DNA of 64,000 nucleotides from Octopus sinensis (lineage: Eukaryota): contig NC_043003.1 in NCBI RefSeq assembly GCF_006345805.1, positions 50,902,001 to 50,966,000 of the forward strand. Direction: 5' to 3'. This document shows positions 13,158 to 26,720 of the stretch, one piece after another. A program made the position numbers and the translations under genes. Within the stretch, counting starts at the first letter, position 1. Each line of letters begins with the position of its first letter. The notes under the pieces are model-generated. The model worked only from the letters and a program-made list of their open reading frames with translations, searched no databases and was not told the origin of the DNA.

Positions 13158-13560
13158 AATCTTATGAGTGGAGAAGGTATTGTGTACATTCACCTGTCTT
13201 TATAGGTTTTAGCTATTCTATGTCTAAGCGCTGTGTGCGTGCGTGCACGTCTGTGAATGTATTATTTTACTATTCTTTTGCTTGTTTCAGTCATTTGACT
13301 GCGGCTATGATGGAGCACCGCCTTAAAAGGTTTTTAGTAGAACAAATCGACCTTAGGACTTATTTTTTAAGCCTAGTACTTATTTAATTGGTCTCTTATG
13401 TCGAACCGGTAAATTACGGGAACCTAAATAGACAAACACCAGTTGCCATGCGGTGGTCGGGGGACGAACACAGACACAAAGACAAACACACGTCGATATA
13501 TACATACACACATATATATATTTATACACACACGCACGCACACACACACACACACACACT

Positions 13561-13621
<61 letters not shown>

Positions 13622-13649
13622 CTTGATGCTTTTTGTTAACACATTACCA

Positions 13650-14263
13650 CATTACAAGTGCCTGTCCAACAGTGATTGCATCATCCATACTCTCAACAAT
13701 GCGCCCTTAAATATGGTTTCTGATTACAAATATCTTGGGTTATACATATCATCATCTGGAAAAGACTTTCTAACTAGAAAGGGTATGGCCTGGTCAGCAT
13801 GTAATGACATGCATAAGATCTGGTCATCAAATCTAAGTAGAGACTTCAAACTTGAAATCTTCAAAGCCACAGTCGAACCAATTCTACTATATGGCTCAGA
13901 AACCTGGACGTTATCAAAGAAGCTTGAGAGGCGGTTGGATGGAACCTACACTCGCCTCCTTATGAGAGTTCAAAATCTCTCGTGGAAGCGCCATCCAACC
14001 AAAATGCAAATATATGGGAAACTACCACCTGTGTCATATCTTGTGAAAGGTAAGAGAGTCCAGTTTGCTGGACGTTGTTGTAGAGCTGAAAAAGAGGTAA
14101 TTTCTACTCTTCTCCTCTGACGCACACTATCCTACCCTGATGTAATCTCCAGGGATACAGGCATCCAGCAACAGGACCTCCGTAATGCTATGATGGACCG
14201 TGAAGTCTGGCGTAGCATGGTAAATTCCATTGTCTCGACCACGGTCGAACAATGATGATGATG
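13650..14263 (+). mobile_element. 5'-truncated RTE-like LINE (3' end) with an (ATG)n tail
   Basis: ORF 13617..14120: YKYLG...KIWSS.LS...KL.IFKATVEPILLYGSETWTL...R.QFAG.C.R (RT C-terminal/thumb region). Ends with atgatgatgatg. Confidence 0.9.
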
Positions 14264-14655
14264 ACCAGTTTTCCTTTTAATACCCTACAAAAACAACGAA
14301 TTAAATCCAACCTTAATGTAAATGAATGGAAAGACCTAATCGAGTTAAAAAATTATATAAACCTCACCATTAAAGAAGCCGTCAAAGGAAGTGCGGTAGT
14401 GGTGATGGACATAGAATACTACAAAAATTTAATACTCTCCTCCATGTTGGAAAATAATATTTACTATGAGAAGATAGTACAATACAACCCACAGAAGACA
14501 CTTAAAATCTTATCCTCCTTACTTCAAATACATGGAAAGGGCCTCACTAAACATGAAATAGACTATTTATCCAATTTTAAATACAGACCTAGTCTATTCT
14601 ATGGATTACCTAAAATATACAAAAATATACACTTTTGTAAAGCTTCCAAAGTTTC
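14264..14655 (+). mobile_element. Penelope-like RT upstream fragment
   Basis: KSNL...IKEAVKGSAVVVMD.EYY (degenerate ADKG motif) and RPSLFYGLPKIYK (YGLPKIHK motif) are typical of PLE RT. Confidence 0.85.
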
Positions 14656-14690
<35 letters not shown>

Positions 14691-15605
14691 ACGGGCTTCT
14701 TTCAGTTTACTTCTACCAAATCCACTCATCCACTCGTCGGTAGATTTAGTCGGCTCGAGACTGTAGTAGAAGGCACTCGCCTAGGGTGCCACGCAATTAG
14801 ACTGAACCCAGAGCTATGTGGTTGGAAAGCAAGCTTCTTACCACACAGCCACGCCTGCCCCTGTATACACAACGAGGAATGACTAAGATTCGAAATTGTA
14901 TAGTTAAGAAATTACCAATTAGATTGCATCACTTGCTATCCGACACAAATGTATTCCACCTTGGATCGACTATACCTTTTAATGTTTTATGAGTGAACTC
15001 AAATAGAAGGAAACTGTGTAGTATATAGTTGAGTACATATATATATGTAGGCACACATTCTGGGATGAATACGATCAACTAAATGCTTGAAGGCTGTACC
15101 TGTACCCCAGCATGGTTTCAGTCCATGACTGAAGCTAGTAAGACACTCGCGCGCGCGCTTGTACGCACACACACTTTAACCAGGTAACTATTGTCTCCCT
15201 TACCACATACACGCCCAGCTACCTCCTTCTTTCCGGTCAATCCAACCTGTAGCACCTTTCATTAAGACACGTTTTTCTTACCATTTTTTCTTTCCATTTT
15301 TCCTAGATTAATACACCTTCTCTATTGTTTTTTTTTTTACCTTGCTCTGTTTTTGTATTTTTTGTATATATTTTTACAAATCTTTTCTCTTTCTTTTTAT
15401 CTTTTACATGTTCCAGTCACTAAACTGCGACCATGTTGGAGTATTGCCTTGAAGAATTTTTAGTCGAATGAATCGACCCAGTACTTTTCTTGTTAAGCCT
15501 GGTACATATTCTATCGATCTCTTTGCCGAACCGGTAATTTGCGGGGATGTAAACGCACCAACATCAGTTGTCAAGCAGTAATGCGTGACAAACACAAACA
15601 CACAC

Positions 15606-15662
<57 letters not shown>

Positions 15663-15668
15663 CATACA

Positions 15669-15700
<32 letters not shown>

Positions 15701-15944
15701 CTACAGGCTTTTTTCAGTTTCCGTCGACCAATACCACTCATAAAACCTTGGTCGGTCCGTGACCATAGCAAAAGACACTTGCCCACAGTGCTATGCAATG
15801 AGACGGAATACAAAACCATGTGGCTGAGAAGCAAGCTGCTTACCACACAACCATGTCTGCGCCATATATATATTTATGTGTGTGTGTATGTGTATATATA
15901 TATATATATATAAATGTGTGTATATATATGTATATACATATGTG

Positions 15945-15977
<33 letters not shown>

Positions 15978-15994
15978 GTATATATATATATATG

Positions 15995-16025
<31 letters not shown>

Positions 16026-16173
16026 TTCTCTGTGTGTGTGTGCATGTATATATATAGTTAAAAAACGGAGAAAAAGACTAGGAAAAACAACGTGAGGACG
16101 TAGCACATGTAAAGTATTGATAAGACGCTCAGAGAAAGGAAAGAGTAGTTGTTTTACGTTTTGAGCATAGCTC

Positions 16174-16215
<42 letters not shown>

Positions 16216-16485
16216 TTAGTTTATTTTATATGATCAAAACAATGCCAGCTATAAGAAATAATGCATGTTGATGGTTCGTACTGCATTTAAGCATTTTGAG
16301 TTTAAGACTTATTCTTCAGAAAATCTTCGGAGAAATGTTGTCAGCTCACTCAAAACACTGTTTCTCAGATTTCATGAGAAAAAGGTTTAAACCTCAAAAT
16401 ATTTAAATACAAGGTAAAAGAAGAAACCATCGAATAACATTGTCTTGGATATAAAAAAGTTAAAATCATATATATGCACATATAT

Positions 16486-16532
<47 letters not shown>

Positions 16533-16955
16533 ATATGTATATATATATATATATATAACTTTCATATCTTTGCACATACACACACACACTTATATAGATA
16601 TGTTTATATATATATATGTGTGTGTATACATACATATATACATACATGTGTATATATATATATGTATATATTTACACATATATATATACACATAGGCATA
16701 CGTATATATCTCTTTTACTCTTTTACTTGTTTTAGTCATTTGAATGCGGCCATGCTGGAGCACCGCCTTTAGTCGAGCAAATCGACCCCGGGACTTATTC
16801 TTTGTAAGCCCAGTACTTATTCTATCGGTCTCTTATGCCGAACCGCTAAGTGACGGGGACGTAAACACACCAGCATCGGTTGTCAAGCAATGCTAGGGGG
16901 ACAAACACACATACACACACACACACACACATATATATTATATATATATATATAT

Positions 16956-17008
<53 letters not shown>

Positions 17009-17169
17009 TACGACAGGTTCTTCAGTTTCCGTCTACCAAATCCACTCACAAGGCATTGGTCGGCCGGGGCTATAGCAGAAGACACTTGCCCAGATGCCAC
17101 GCAGTGGGACTGAACGCGGAACCATGTGGTTGGTAAACAAGCTACTTACCACACGGCCACTCCTGCGCC

Positions 17170-17240
<71 letters not shown>

Positions 17241-17267
17241 TAAGGATGAAAAGGAACACACGAGTTG

Positions 17268-17772
17268 ATATATATGAAAAAACAAGTCAAGATAGAAAAT
17301 GCTAAAATAATTTTATAAAGAACATTTCAGTACCGGTTTCAGTCATTTGAGACCTTTTCAACTGTAACGATTAAATAATTAAATTTAGAAAAATTAAAAG
17401 AAAAGTTTTTTAAAAGAATGTTTGTATAGTGTTCAAATATAAGTGGCATTTTCCTTGTTTCTGCCTTTCTCTGTCTCTCTTGTTTACACTTGTGGGTTCA
17501 AGATTCATGTGAATTCTTGGTAGGGAAGACTTCCCTACCAAGAATTCACCTGGAACCCACAAGTGTAAACAAGAGAGACAGAGAAAGGCAGAAACAAAGA
17601 ACTGCCACTTATATTTGAACACTATACAAATATTCTTTTAAAAAAATTTTCTTTTAATTTTTCTAAATTTAATTATTCAATCGTTACAGTTGAAAAGGTC
17701 TCAAATGACTGAAACCGGTACTGAAATGTTCTTTATAAAATTATTTTAGCATATTCTATCTTGACTTGATTT

Positions 17773-17784
<12 letters not shown>
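17268..17784. repeat. Near-perfect ~517-bp palindrome (centre 17529); each arm carries an outward-facing hammerhead-like motif
   Basis: The centre is ggtagggaag-a-cttccctacc and the arms match over ~255 bp. Motif cag-ttgaaaa-ggtc-tcaaat-gact-gaaa-ccgg-ta-ctg at 17687-17723(+) and 17328-17364(-). Confidence 0.93.
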
Positions 17785-17852
<68 letters not shown>

Positions 17853-17869
17853 ATATAAATATATATATA

Positions 17870-18370
17870 CATATAGAGGTTATGAGAGGTAATGGTGTCA
17901 ATAAGACCCCAAGCTGTTAGATAATGATGAGTAAGTGCTATGGACAAGCCATAGTAAATCTCCAGGTTCGCTGATTATGGTAGTCCAACGTAGGTCATCT
18001 ATCAGCATGTGTATATATAAATTTTAATTTTTTCAGAATAAGATGAAAAAACCAAGGCTGTGAAGATTTTAGAACATTTATAAATAGAAGGTCTTATAGA
18101 TATTTCCGGGATATTTTTTATATCCCTTCATCGAAGACGGTGTGAGAAAATGGTTAAGCAATAGTTTAAGATAAGATATGGAATAGAGAGTGAAATGGAG
18201 GAATGAAAATAGATGTAAGTGATGCAGAGATACTGCATTTGTAGATCCATTATTTAGGCAGGATGGTATGCATATAAGATCCCAATACCTTGTGAGTAAA
18301 TTCCAATAATATTTAAAATTGGTCATTCCAGGTATAGAGTTTGTACACAGTGCTGTTGAATCGAGCGTTT
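17870..18370 (-). mobile_element. Decayed Penelope-like GIY-YIG region
   Basis: Broken minus frames give NFIY..TC..TYVG.....L, resembling the PLE endonuclease. It lies next to the 17.3-17.8 kb palindrome. Confidence 0.35.
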
Positions 18371-19022
18371 TATTTAAAGTGACCTAAAAGTAGGGAATGT
18401 ATTTGTAAGGTCATATCGAAAACAGAAATATATATATATGCGTGTGTGTGTGAGTGTGTGTTGTATGTGTGTGCATAAAGATATGCAAGTATATACATAC
18501 ATACATACATACATACATACATACATACATACATACATACATACATACATACATACATACATACGTACGCACTTACATTTATGTTTTTGTGTGTATTCAT
18601 ATTTCCTGTAAAGACCTTGAGTTTAGAGAGTACCCAATTTTAAGCTAGCTCAAAACAGTACTTGATTTGGTCTTCTTTTATCACCCCAGAAGGAAAACGA
18701 CAAAGTTGACTTCAATCTAATTTGAACTCAGAACGTAGTCCGCTAACACTGTCAGGCAGCTCGTCAATAAAAACCTGGCATGTGAATGTGCGTGTGTGTG
18801 TGTGTGTGTGTAAACTCGGAATCCTTGAGTTCAACTCCATGGTATATCACTTCATTGAACAATATACTGGTACAACTCTTTGTCTAGTTTACCCTTGCTG
18901 TGAATGTTCGGGATCTGTTCGTTATTGTAACTAATATAATAGCATTCTATTCTCTAACAAGATGCATCCCACCCGCCATGCACTTCATATCATTTAAGAA
19001 CTAGCTAATCACCAGCTTTTTT

Positions 19023-19357
19023 GTGAAGGCGCATGACTCAGTGGTTAGAGCGTCGAGCTTATGATCATGAAGTTGTGAGTTCGATTCCCGGACCGGGCTG
19101 CGCGTTGTGTTCTTGAGCAAGATATTTTATTTCACGTTGCTCCAGTTAACTCGGCTGTAGAAATGAGTTGCGACATCACTGGAACCAAGCTGTATCTGCT
19201 GTTGCCTTTCTCTTGGATAACATCAGTGGCATGGAGAAGGGAGGCTGGCAAGCATGGGCGACTGCTGGCCTTCCATAAACAACCTTGCCCGGACTTGTAC
19301 CTCGCAGGGTAACTTTCTAGGTGCAATCCCATGGTCATTCATGACTGAAGGGGGTCT
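19023..19357 (+). mobile_element. tRNA-derived SINE (family C). Second copy 51279-51599(-), variant ~48165-48410(-)
   Basis: A box tgactcagtggttagagc, B box gagttcgattcc, tgtgttcttgagcaaga..tttatttcac domain. The copy at 51.3-51.6 kb aligns along its length. Confidence 0.88.
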
Positions 19358-20138
19358 CCCCCATGAATCACCAGTTTTACCAGTCTCTGATAGCCAAGGA
19401 AATTCTTTCGCCAAATGCATTATTTATATGTTATGTATGTGTGACTGCGTAAGCATATAGAAGGATAAAGAAAGACAAGAGAAAGACGGGCTTATATGCA
19501 GACAGAGAAAGAGATAAAAATTATCAAAAGAATTACAATTCATATAAGCTTAAGAAGTATTTGAGGGTAAATGTAATTTCATTTTAGTCTAGATTTCTAT
19601 TTAGTTATCGGTTAAATTGTATATTCAATATTTAAATTTCTCATAAATGCAATTTATTATTTTTTATTGTTTTCTTTTAAGTCTTAGTCAAGTCAAGGCT
19701 TATCAATTTTACATTTCGATGGAAATTATATTATGTGATTAATTTAATTATTCCTTTCACGAATCAATCACTTTGTGGGAAATAACGTGAGTTCATAGGT
19801 GCTTCAGAAACACATTATTTTGATTCATTATATTTAAATGGGTAATTAAATAGTCAACCTTCTCGTTTTTACACCAAACTACTAATTACCAAGCATACAA
19901 CATATAAGCAACTACAAGTACCATGGCCTCGTGTGTGGATATGTTCACACATGCGCATATATATATATTTATATATATGTGGCTACGAGTGTAAGTATTG
20001 ACGTATGTTCCTCTATCCACATTTCAGTATCTGATTCAAAACAAACGCACAAATATGTGTGCATTCGTATGTACGTGTGTTCCCGCGCACGTATGTGTAT
20101 GCGTGCGAACGTATGTCTACGGACGTAGACATAAGTTT

Positions 20139-20180
<42 letters not shown>

Positions 20181-20367
20181 TATGCGCGCACACGCACAAT
20201 ACATACACATCCATGCAGACTAATGTGTGTAATATAGCATGTATGCGTGTATGTTTGTGTGTACGTGGGTGAGCATTTAAATGTGTGTGTGTGTGTGTGT
20301 GTGTATGTGTGTATCGCCCGTCGTGCTGCTGATCCTGCCAGCTCGCCGCCTTTATATCAACAATATT

Positions 20368-21151
20368 TATTTCTTTACAACCCACAAGGGGTTAAACATA
20401 GAGGGGACAAACAAGGACAGACAAACGGATTAAGTCGATTATATCGACCCCAGTGAGTAACTGGTACTTAATTTATCGACCCCGAAAGGATGAAAGGCAA
20501 AGTCGACCTCGGCGGAATTTGAACTCAGAATGTTGCGGCAGACGAAATACCTATTTCTTTATTACCCACAAGGGGCTAAACATAGAGGGGACAAACAAGG
20601 ACAGACATAGGTATTAAGTCAATTACATCGACCCCAGTGCGTAACTAGTACTTAATTTATCGACCCCGAAAGGATGAAAGGCAAAGTCGACCTCGGCGGA
20701 ATTTGAACTCAGAACGTAACGGCAGACGAAATACCTATTTCTTTATTACCCACAAGGGGCTAAACATAGAGGGGACAAACAAGGACAGACATAGGTATTA
20801 AGTCAATTACATCGACCCCAGTGCGTAACTAGTACTTAATTTATCGACCCCGAAAGGATGAAAGGCAAAGTCGACCTCGGCGGAATTTGAACTCAGAACG
20901 TAACGGCAGACGAAATACCTATTTCTTTATTACCCACAAGGGGCTAAACATAGAGGGGACAAACATGAACAGACATAGGTATTAAGTCGATTATATCGAT
21001 CCCAGTGCGTAACTGGTACTTAATTTATCGACCCCGAAAGGATGAAAGGCAAAGTCGACCTCGGCGGAATTTGAACTCGGAACGTAAAGACAGACGAAAT
21101 ACCGTTACGCATTTCGCCCGGCGTGTTAACGTTTCTGCTAGCTCACCGCCT
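20368..21151 (-). mobile_element. Family B SINE concatemer: one tRNA head followed by four 184-bp tandem units
   Basis: tatttcttta..acccacaagggg starts at 20368, 20552, 20736 and 20920 (period 184). The head ends at 21151. Flanks tttatatcaacaatatt / tttatatcaaccctatt are a putative TSD. Confidence 0.93.
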
Positions 21152-21719
21152 TTATATCAACCCTATTAATAATAAAGATTATTACGAAGTGGCATAGCAT
21201 TACTTTTAATTCTTTCTGTACAGATACAACTTCACATTTACCTATACACACACACATATTATTTTATTCTTTTACTTGTTTCAGTCATTTCAATGCCGTC
21301 ATGCTGGAGCACTGCCTTTAGTCGAACAAATCGACTTATTCTTTGTAAGCCTAGTACCCATTCTAATGATGTCTTTTGCCGAACCACTAACTTACGGTGA
21401 CGTGAACACACCAACATCGGTTGTCAAGCGATGGTGGGGGACAAACACAGACTCACAAACACATATATATGCGACAGGCTTCTTTCAGTTTCCGTCTACC
21501 AAACCCACTCACAAGGCTTTGATCTGCCCGAGGCTACAGAAGACACTTGCCCAAGGTGCCACGTGGTTTGGAAACAAGCTTCTTACCGCACAGTCATTTA
21601 TTTAATCATTCAATCATTCATCCATTTCTTACAGTGAACTGATACCAGGAAGGATGAAAGAAAAGATCTAAAATTCAAAAAGGAAACTGGTCGTAAGTAA
21701 ATGCTGAAATGTTGATACG

Positions 21720-22270
21720 TAGACATACGTTCATGTAGCCCCACCAGTCAACAGTGAACATTGCTCGTGTTGTCCCCGTTTATGGGGCATGACTTTTTGT
21801 AGCTCCTTGATGCAACTACAGTTTTGTGTCAAGCTGAGACGGAGGCAGGGAATCTGGCATCTAGAATATTCTCAGGCGCTCACTGACCTCCTGCAACGGG
21901 ATTGATGGATGTTCCACATAGAAGTGTGACGGCATTCTCAGTGGAACTCGGTCGGCTTTCAGGTCGAGGACAACTATGAATAAACTCCAGAAGCATTTTG
22001 GTCTGGCATTAATATTGAAGGACGCTACCATATCCAGATAAACTTTACTGATACAGATGTAGAGTCGAACGAGACTATGTGAGATGTGCACATTGACGAA
22101 ACCGTTCTGTAGGCGCTCATCAGTGTCCAGACATCGTTGACTTATGAAGTTATATGCTTCAGCCTCTTAGGTAGTTTAGATGTGCCAAGTGCAGCAATGT
22201 CCACAAGAACAAACTGTCATCTTAGCCTACCACAATTTCTACACCTCATATTGCAAGGTCTTGATATTTC
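21720..22270 (-). mobile_element. Possible old LINE 3' fragment
   Basis: GC-richer island whose broken frames (..SKLPKRL..) weakly recall an RTE C-terminus. Confidence 0.25.
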
Positions 22271-22900
22271 TCTGGTTTTTGTTTTGTTTTATTTTCTAGG
22301 GTTTTTTGCTTATTGTTGTTGGTTTTTTGCAATTTCTTTAACATCTACTTTATCATCATATGATAGGCGAAGAAGAGGGGGAGGCGGAAAAGGAGGAGAA
22401 AGGCGGAAGAGGAGTTAATAGGCATGCCGGTTCATTCTTTTTTTTTTTCTTATAGTGAAAAGTAAAATGAATTTAAAAACTAAATCGTCATCATTGGAAG
22501 CGATATTTGTTCAGGCGTAGCAAAGCTGTGTGAGGTCATTGACAAATTTGATAGGTAATTGTAAATAATTGTTGTAATAATGTTGGTAGTAGTCAGTGAG
22601 GCGTAGCAATGGATTGTTTTCAATGGAATTCGAATTTGGCAAGAATAAATGGTGGTGGTGGTAGTGGTGGTGCTGCTGCTGCTGCTGGCGGTGTTAGGGA
22701 TGGCGACCGTAGTGGTGGCTGCCGTTGTCGTCATAGTAGTAGTAGTGGTGGTGGTGGTGGTATTTTTCTCTTGGAAGGCACCATTTAATAATGATAAATT
22801 TTATAGAAATCGGAAGGAAAAAGATATTTTGGGAGATCATTTAGAGCACACAAGTGTGTATATTTGTGTGTGTGTGTGTGTATTTGTGTGCGTGTATGTG

Positions 22901-22951
<51 letters not shown>

Positions 22952-23569
22952 TGTATATTTGTGTGTGCGTATGGCTGTACGGTAAGTAGCTTGCTTACCA
23001 ACCACATGGTTCTGGGTTCAGTCCCACTGCGTGGCACCTTGGGCAAGTGTCTTCTACTATAGCCTCGAGCCGACCAAAGCCTTGTGAGTGGATTGTTAGA
23101 CGGAAACTGAAAGAAGTCGTATATATATGTGTGTGTGTGTGTGCTTGACTGTTCTTCCGACATCGTTTGACAACCGATGCTGGTGTGTTTACGTCTCCGT
23201 AACTTAGCGGTTCGGCAAAAGAAACCGATAGAATTAGTACTAAGCTTACAAAAAATAAGTCCTAGGATCGATTTCCTTGACTAAAGGCGGTGCTCCAGCA
23301 TGGACACAGTCAAATGACTGAAACAAGTAAAAGAGTAAAAGAGAGTAAAGAGATATAGACACATAAAGTGTGTATATTTGTGTGTGTATATTTGTGTGGG
23401 TATGTGTGTGTGCGTGTGTGTGTGTCAGTGTGTGTGTGTGTGTTGTGTGTGTGTGTGTTGTGTGTGTGTGTGTGTGCGTGCGTGCACTCTTGCTGTAATA
23501 TTGTCGAAATAGGGACAAGAATGGTGAATATGATCTGGATTATCTTTAATATGCGTCTGTAGGCCATTA

Positions 23570-24110
23570 AACAAAAAATGGATGAAGGCACTTGACTTTA
23601 GTAACAGGAAAATTCCAAAATTTCGTGCGGGGTTTCTAGAAGAGCCACAGAGCCGTCTATAGGCAGCTTTACCAATTTGGGGACACGACCGAAAGAGAAC
23701 TATTGTAAATACAAGCAGCCGAAATAGGATTCCTCTGAAGAATCTCCCGCTTAACGTTACTTGAGGAGGCGTATAGCTCGGAAATCGGGTAGTCTTTCCA
23801 GATCGAGTTGCTACTTCTCAAGTCCATCCTTTGAGGGGTCACAGCTCCGATACTACAAGCATGTGAATAGAAAGTGACAGTAGAGAATCAGAAGATAGAT
23901 GCTTCCAGCCGAGCCAACCGGCAGGGTACCTAAGGGTAGGCCAAGAACGAGATGGTTGTATAACATCCATAGTCTCAGTTTGTCAGGCATGGAAATCCAG
24001 CCGGAAATTGTAATGACGTTTGCTTCCGATAGGACCTTATGGAGAAGGTGCCTGAGAACTCCACGACTTTCCCCAGGAATAGTAGGCAGAGAAAACAAAA
24101 TGGATGGAAA
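23570..24110 (+). mobile_element. RTE/L2-like LINE 3' fragment
   Basis: ORF 23899..: AEPTGRVPKGRPRTRWL.NI...ASDRTLWR, the typical G.RP.GRP..RW...A.DR..WR end of RTE-class ORFs, followed by an atggatgga tail. Confidence 0.7.
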
Positions 24111-25358
24111 CTTTTGGTTCCCACTTGTTTTTCACCACTCACTATGTAAAACAATCACTGTTTTCGTAATTCGACTTTGCTATTATCACATGGCAGTCGG
24201 ATGATGATCGAGACAATTCTAAACCGTTTTTATTTTTGTTTTTCAGAGACAGTGATTTGATGGGAATGGCGTGTCATCGAAGTAAATGCTTTAAACTATT
24301 TAGTCCCATTCATCGGTATTATTCTCGTATGGTCAGATTTCTCACACCATCGCGACCAGTAAAATATACCAAATACATATTCATCCCCACCAGATTCAAT
24401 TGTCTATTGCCTTTTTTTCTTTCAGATATATAAACTTGTTCTAACGTTTTTATGTACATAGGTTGGCGGCAGAATATCAGAAGCGTTGCGGACAAAATGT
24501 CTTGAAGCGTTCCCTTTCCTTATTCTATATTTTAACACAATCGAATTTTTACTCCATGAATTATCTGAGTCAACAACATAAAGCGAGTTGGATTTTATGA
24601 GACCTCTAAACATTATTAGCATCCAAATATCCATCAAGTTAAACAAAAGGCAGAAGGCTCCATGAGATAATGTAGTCCTAGATGCACTACGCCTGAAAAT
24701 ATGATTGAGTAAACACGGATGGAACACCATAGGTCTGGTTATTCACTTTTGATGTGAGACTAACCCACAACAATAGCAATACTGAAGTCCATTCAATCAA
24801 GTGTGACTTCTCCCAAAGATTTATGATCATAGGTGTGCCAACTTGTGACTAACCTATCATTTTCAAGAATGGGGATTCACCTTTTTTTTTAATTCTAGGG
24901 TGAGAAGGGTGGATCCTTCCAGCTTTAAAGTAACCAAAATGCACAATATTCATGATCAACTTCTTAAAAATTCCATCAAATGTTTGAGAAACCAAGAGAG
25001 TGATTGGAAAAAAAATATCGACTTCTATTTCAAGCAGTTTGAGCGACCATATAAAGACTACTTCGTTGGCTAATGTGTGTGCGTGTTATTCAATATTGTT
25101 ATTCATGTGTGTGGATATGTGTGCAAGCGTGTGTATGTGTTGCGCGCACGTATGTGTGTTTATGTATGTATATATGTGCGTGTTTAGAGCTTGCGTTCGT
25201 ATATAACTATGTGCGCCACTCTCTCAGCTTTCTCAAAGCTAAAGATCAACTTTTCCCAAAATTTCAGTAATATGAGATATATTACGATGAATTTGAAAGT
25301 AGTTAAGTCAACGGCTTCAGACGTTCTTATTCGAGTTCCCTTAACAGTATTAAAATGT

Positions 25359-25399
<41 letters not shown>

Positions 25400-25573
25400 G
25401 AGCCACACCATTCCATAACATATCACATCACACACACATACATATAACGTGCAAACAGATTAAGACGCGTTTACGAGTGTAAATATGTATGTATACGTAT
25501 ATGATAAATATATGTGTTGCGTATGTACACTAAAGTTCATACACATATAGCCAAATAAGAAAACTATATATAT

Positions 25574-25726
<153 letters not shown>

Positions 25727-26504
25727 CCTGTTTTGGTGTATGTATTTTAGCTTGTATGTATATATAAATACAATTATATTACATACAATTATATGTGTAT
25801 GTGTGTGTGTGCGTGCGTGTGTGTGTGTGTGAGGAGATACACATGTATGCACGCGCGCGCGCACACACATATACAACTAGCGACTGGGAGTGGAGAGCTA
25901 CCAATGAATTAATAATTAGTTATTCTAACCAACGACATGTGCTTCGAAATGTGACTGTCCTAATATAATTGATTCACAACACCAACAACTAAGTTATAAA
26001 GAATAAGTGTTCGCATGCGTGCGTATTTGGTTGCTTTGTGGTTAAGTTCGCTTCTCAGTCATAAGGTCCAGTGTTCGCTTCGCGCTTCATGGTATTTTAG
26101 ACAAGTGTTTTCTACCAAAGCTTGCGTAGATCCAAACCTTGAGTCGAACTACAGAAGACGAAAAATATACGGAAGATCGTTGAATAGAGCACTTGTAATT
26201 CACTGGGATAATCTTGTTACGCTGATTCTGCCTAACGATTATATTAAAGGTGCGAATGACTGAGGAATATTCAACCATTTAGATTGAGTCGACTGTTGAG
26301 TCGGTCTGAGCAACTCGAACACCCAATTTCAACCGCGGGATGATACTTTCAGTTATTTATTTATTTATTTGTTTATTTAAACCTTTGTGTTACCATATTT
26401 TTACTGAAATATACTGCTTTTGTTTCAATTAATTTTCAAAATAATGAAGAATTTAGTAAAAAAATACTTCCCTTATTATTTAGGCTGATGTGTTTGCAAC
26501 ATAT

Positions 26505-26720
26505 CAGTGGTTCTCAACCGTTTTTCCCCTATGGACCCCTTTGATCCATGTTCTACTCAGATGGGTTTCCATACCCATTCAAGGTTTAAAATATCCTATT
26601 ATATTTTTACAGTTAAATATACTTTTAGGAAGTGTATAAAAAATATTTGATGTATTGTAGAAGCATAACCAATTTATTGCATATAAATTTTAATAATGGA
26701 CCCTGGTGGATAACCAATGA
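26505..26720. mobile_element. hAT (Charlie-like) MITE
   Basis: Left TIR cagtggttctcaacc with ggacccc subterminal motif. Degenerate right end ggaccctggtggataaccaatg. Confidence 0.6.

Noticed and set aside
19023-19100. tRNA-like sequences (also 9649, 12541, 12945, 32105)
   Set aside because: They have A/B boxes but imperfect cloverleaves and continue into SINE bodies. They are SINE heads, not tRNA genes.
20368-21103. Regular repeats suggestive of a CRISPR array
   Set aside because: The units are near-identical 184-mers with no unique spacers, they derive from a SINE, the context is eukaryotic and there are no cas genes.
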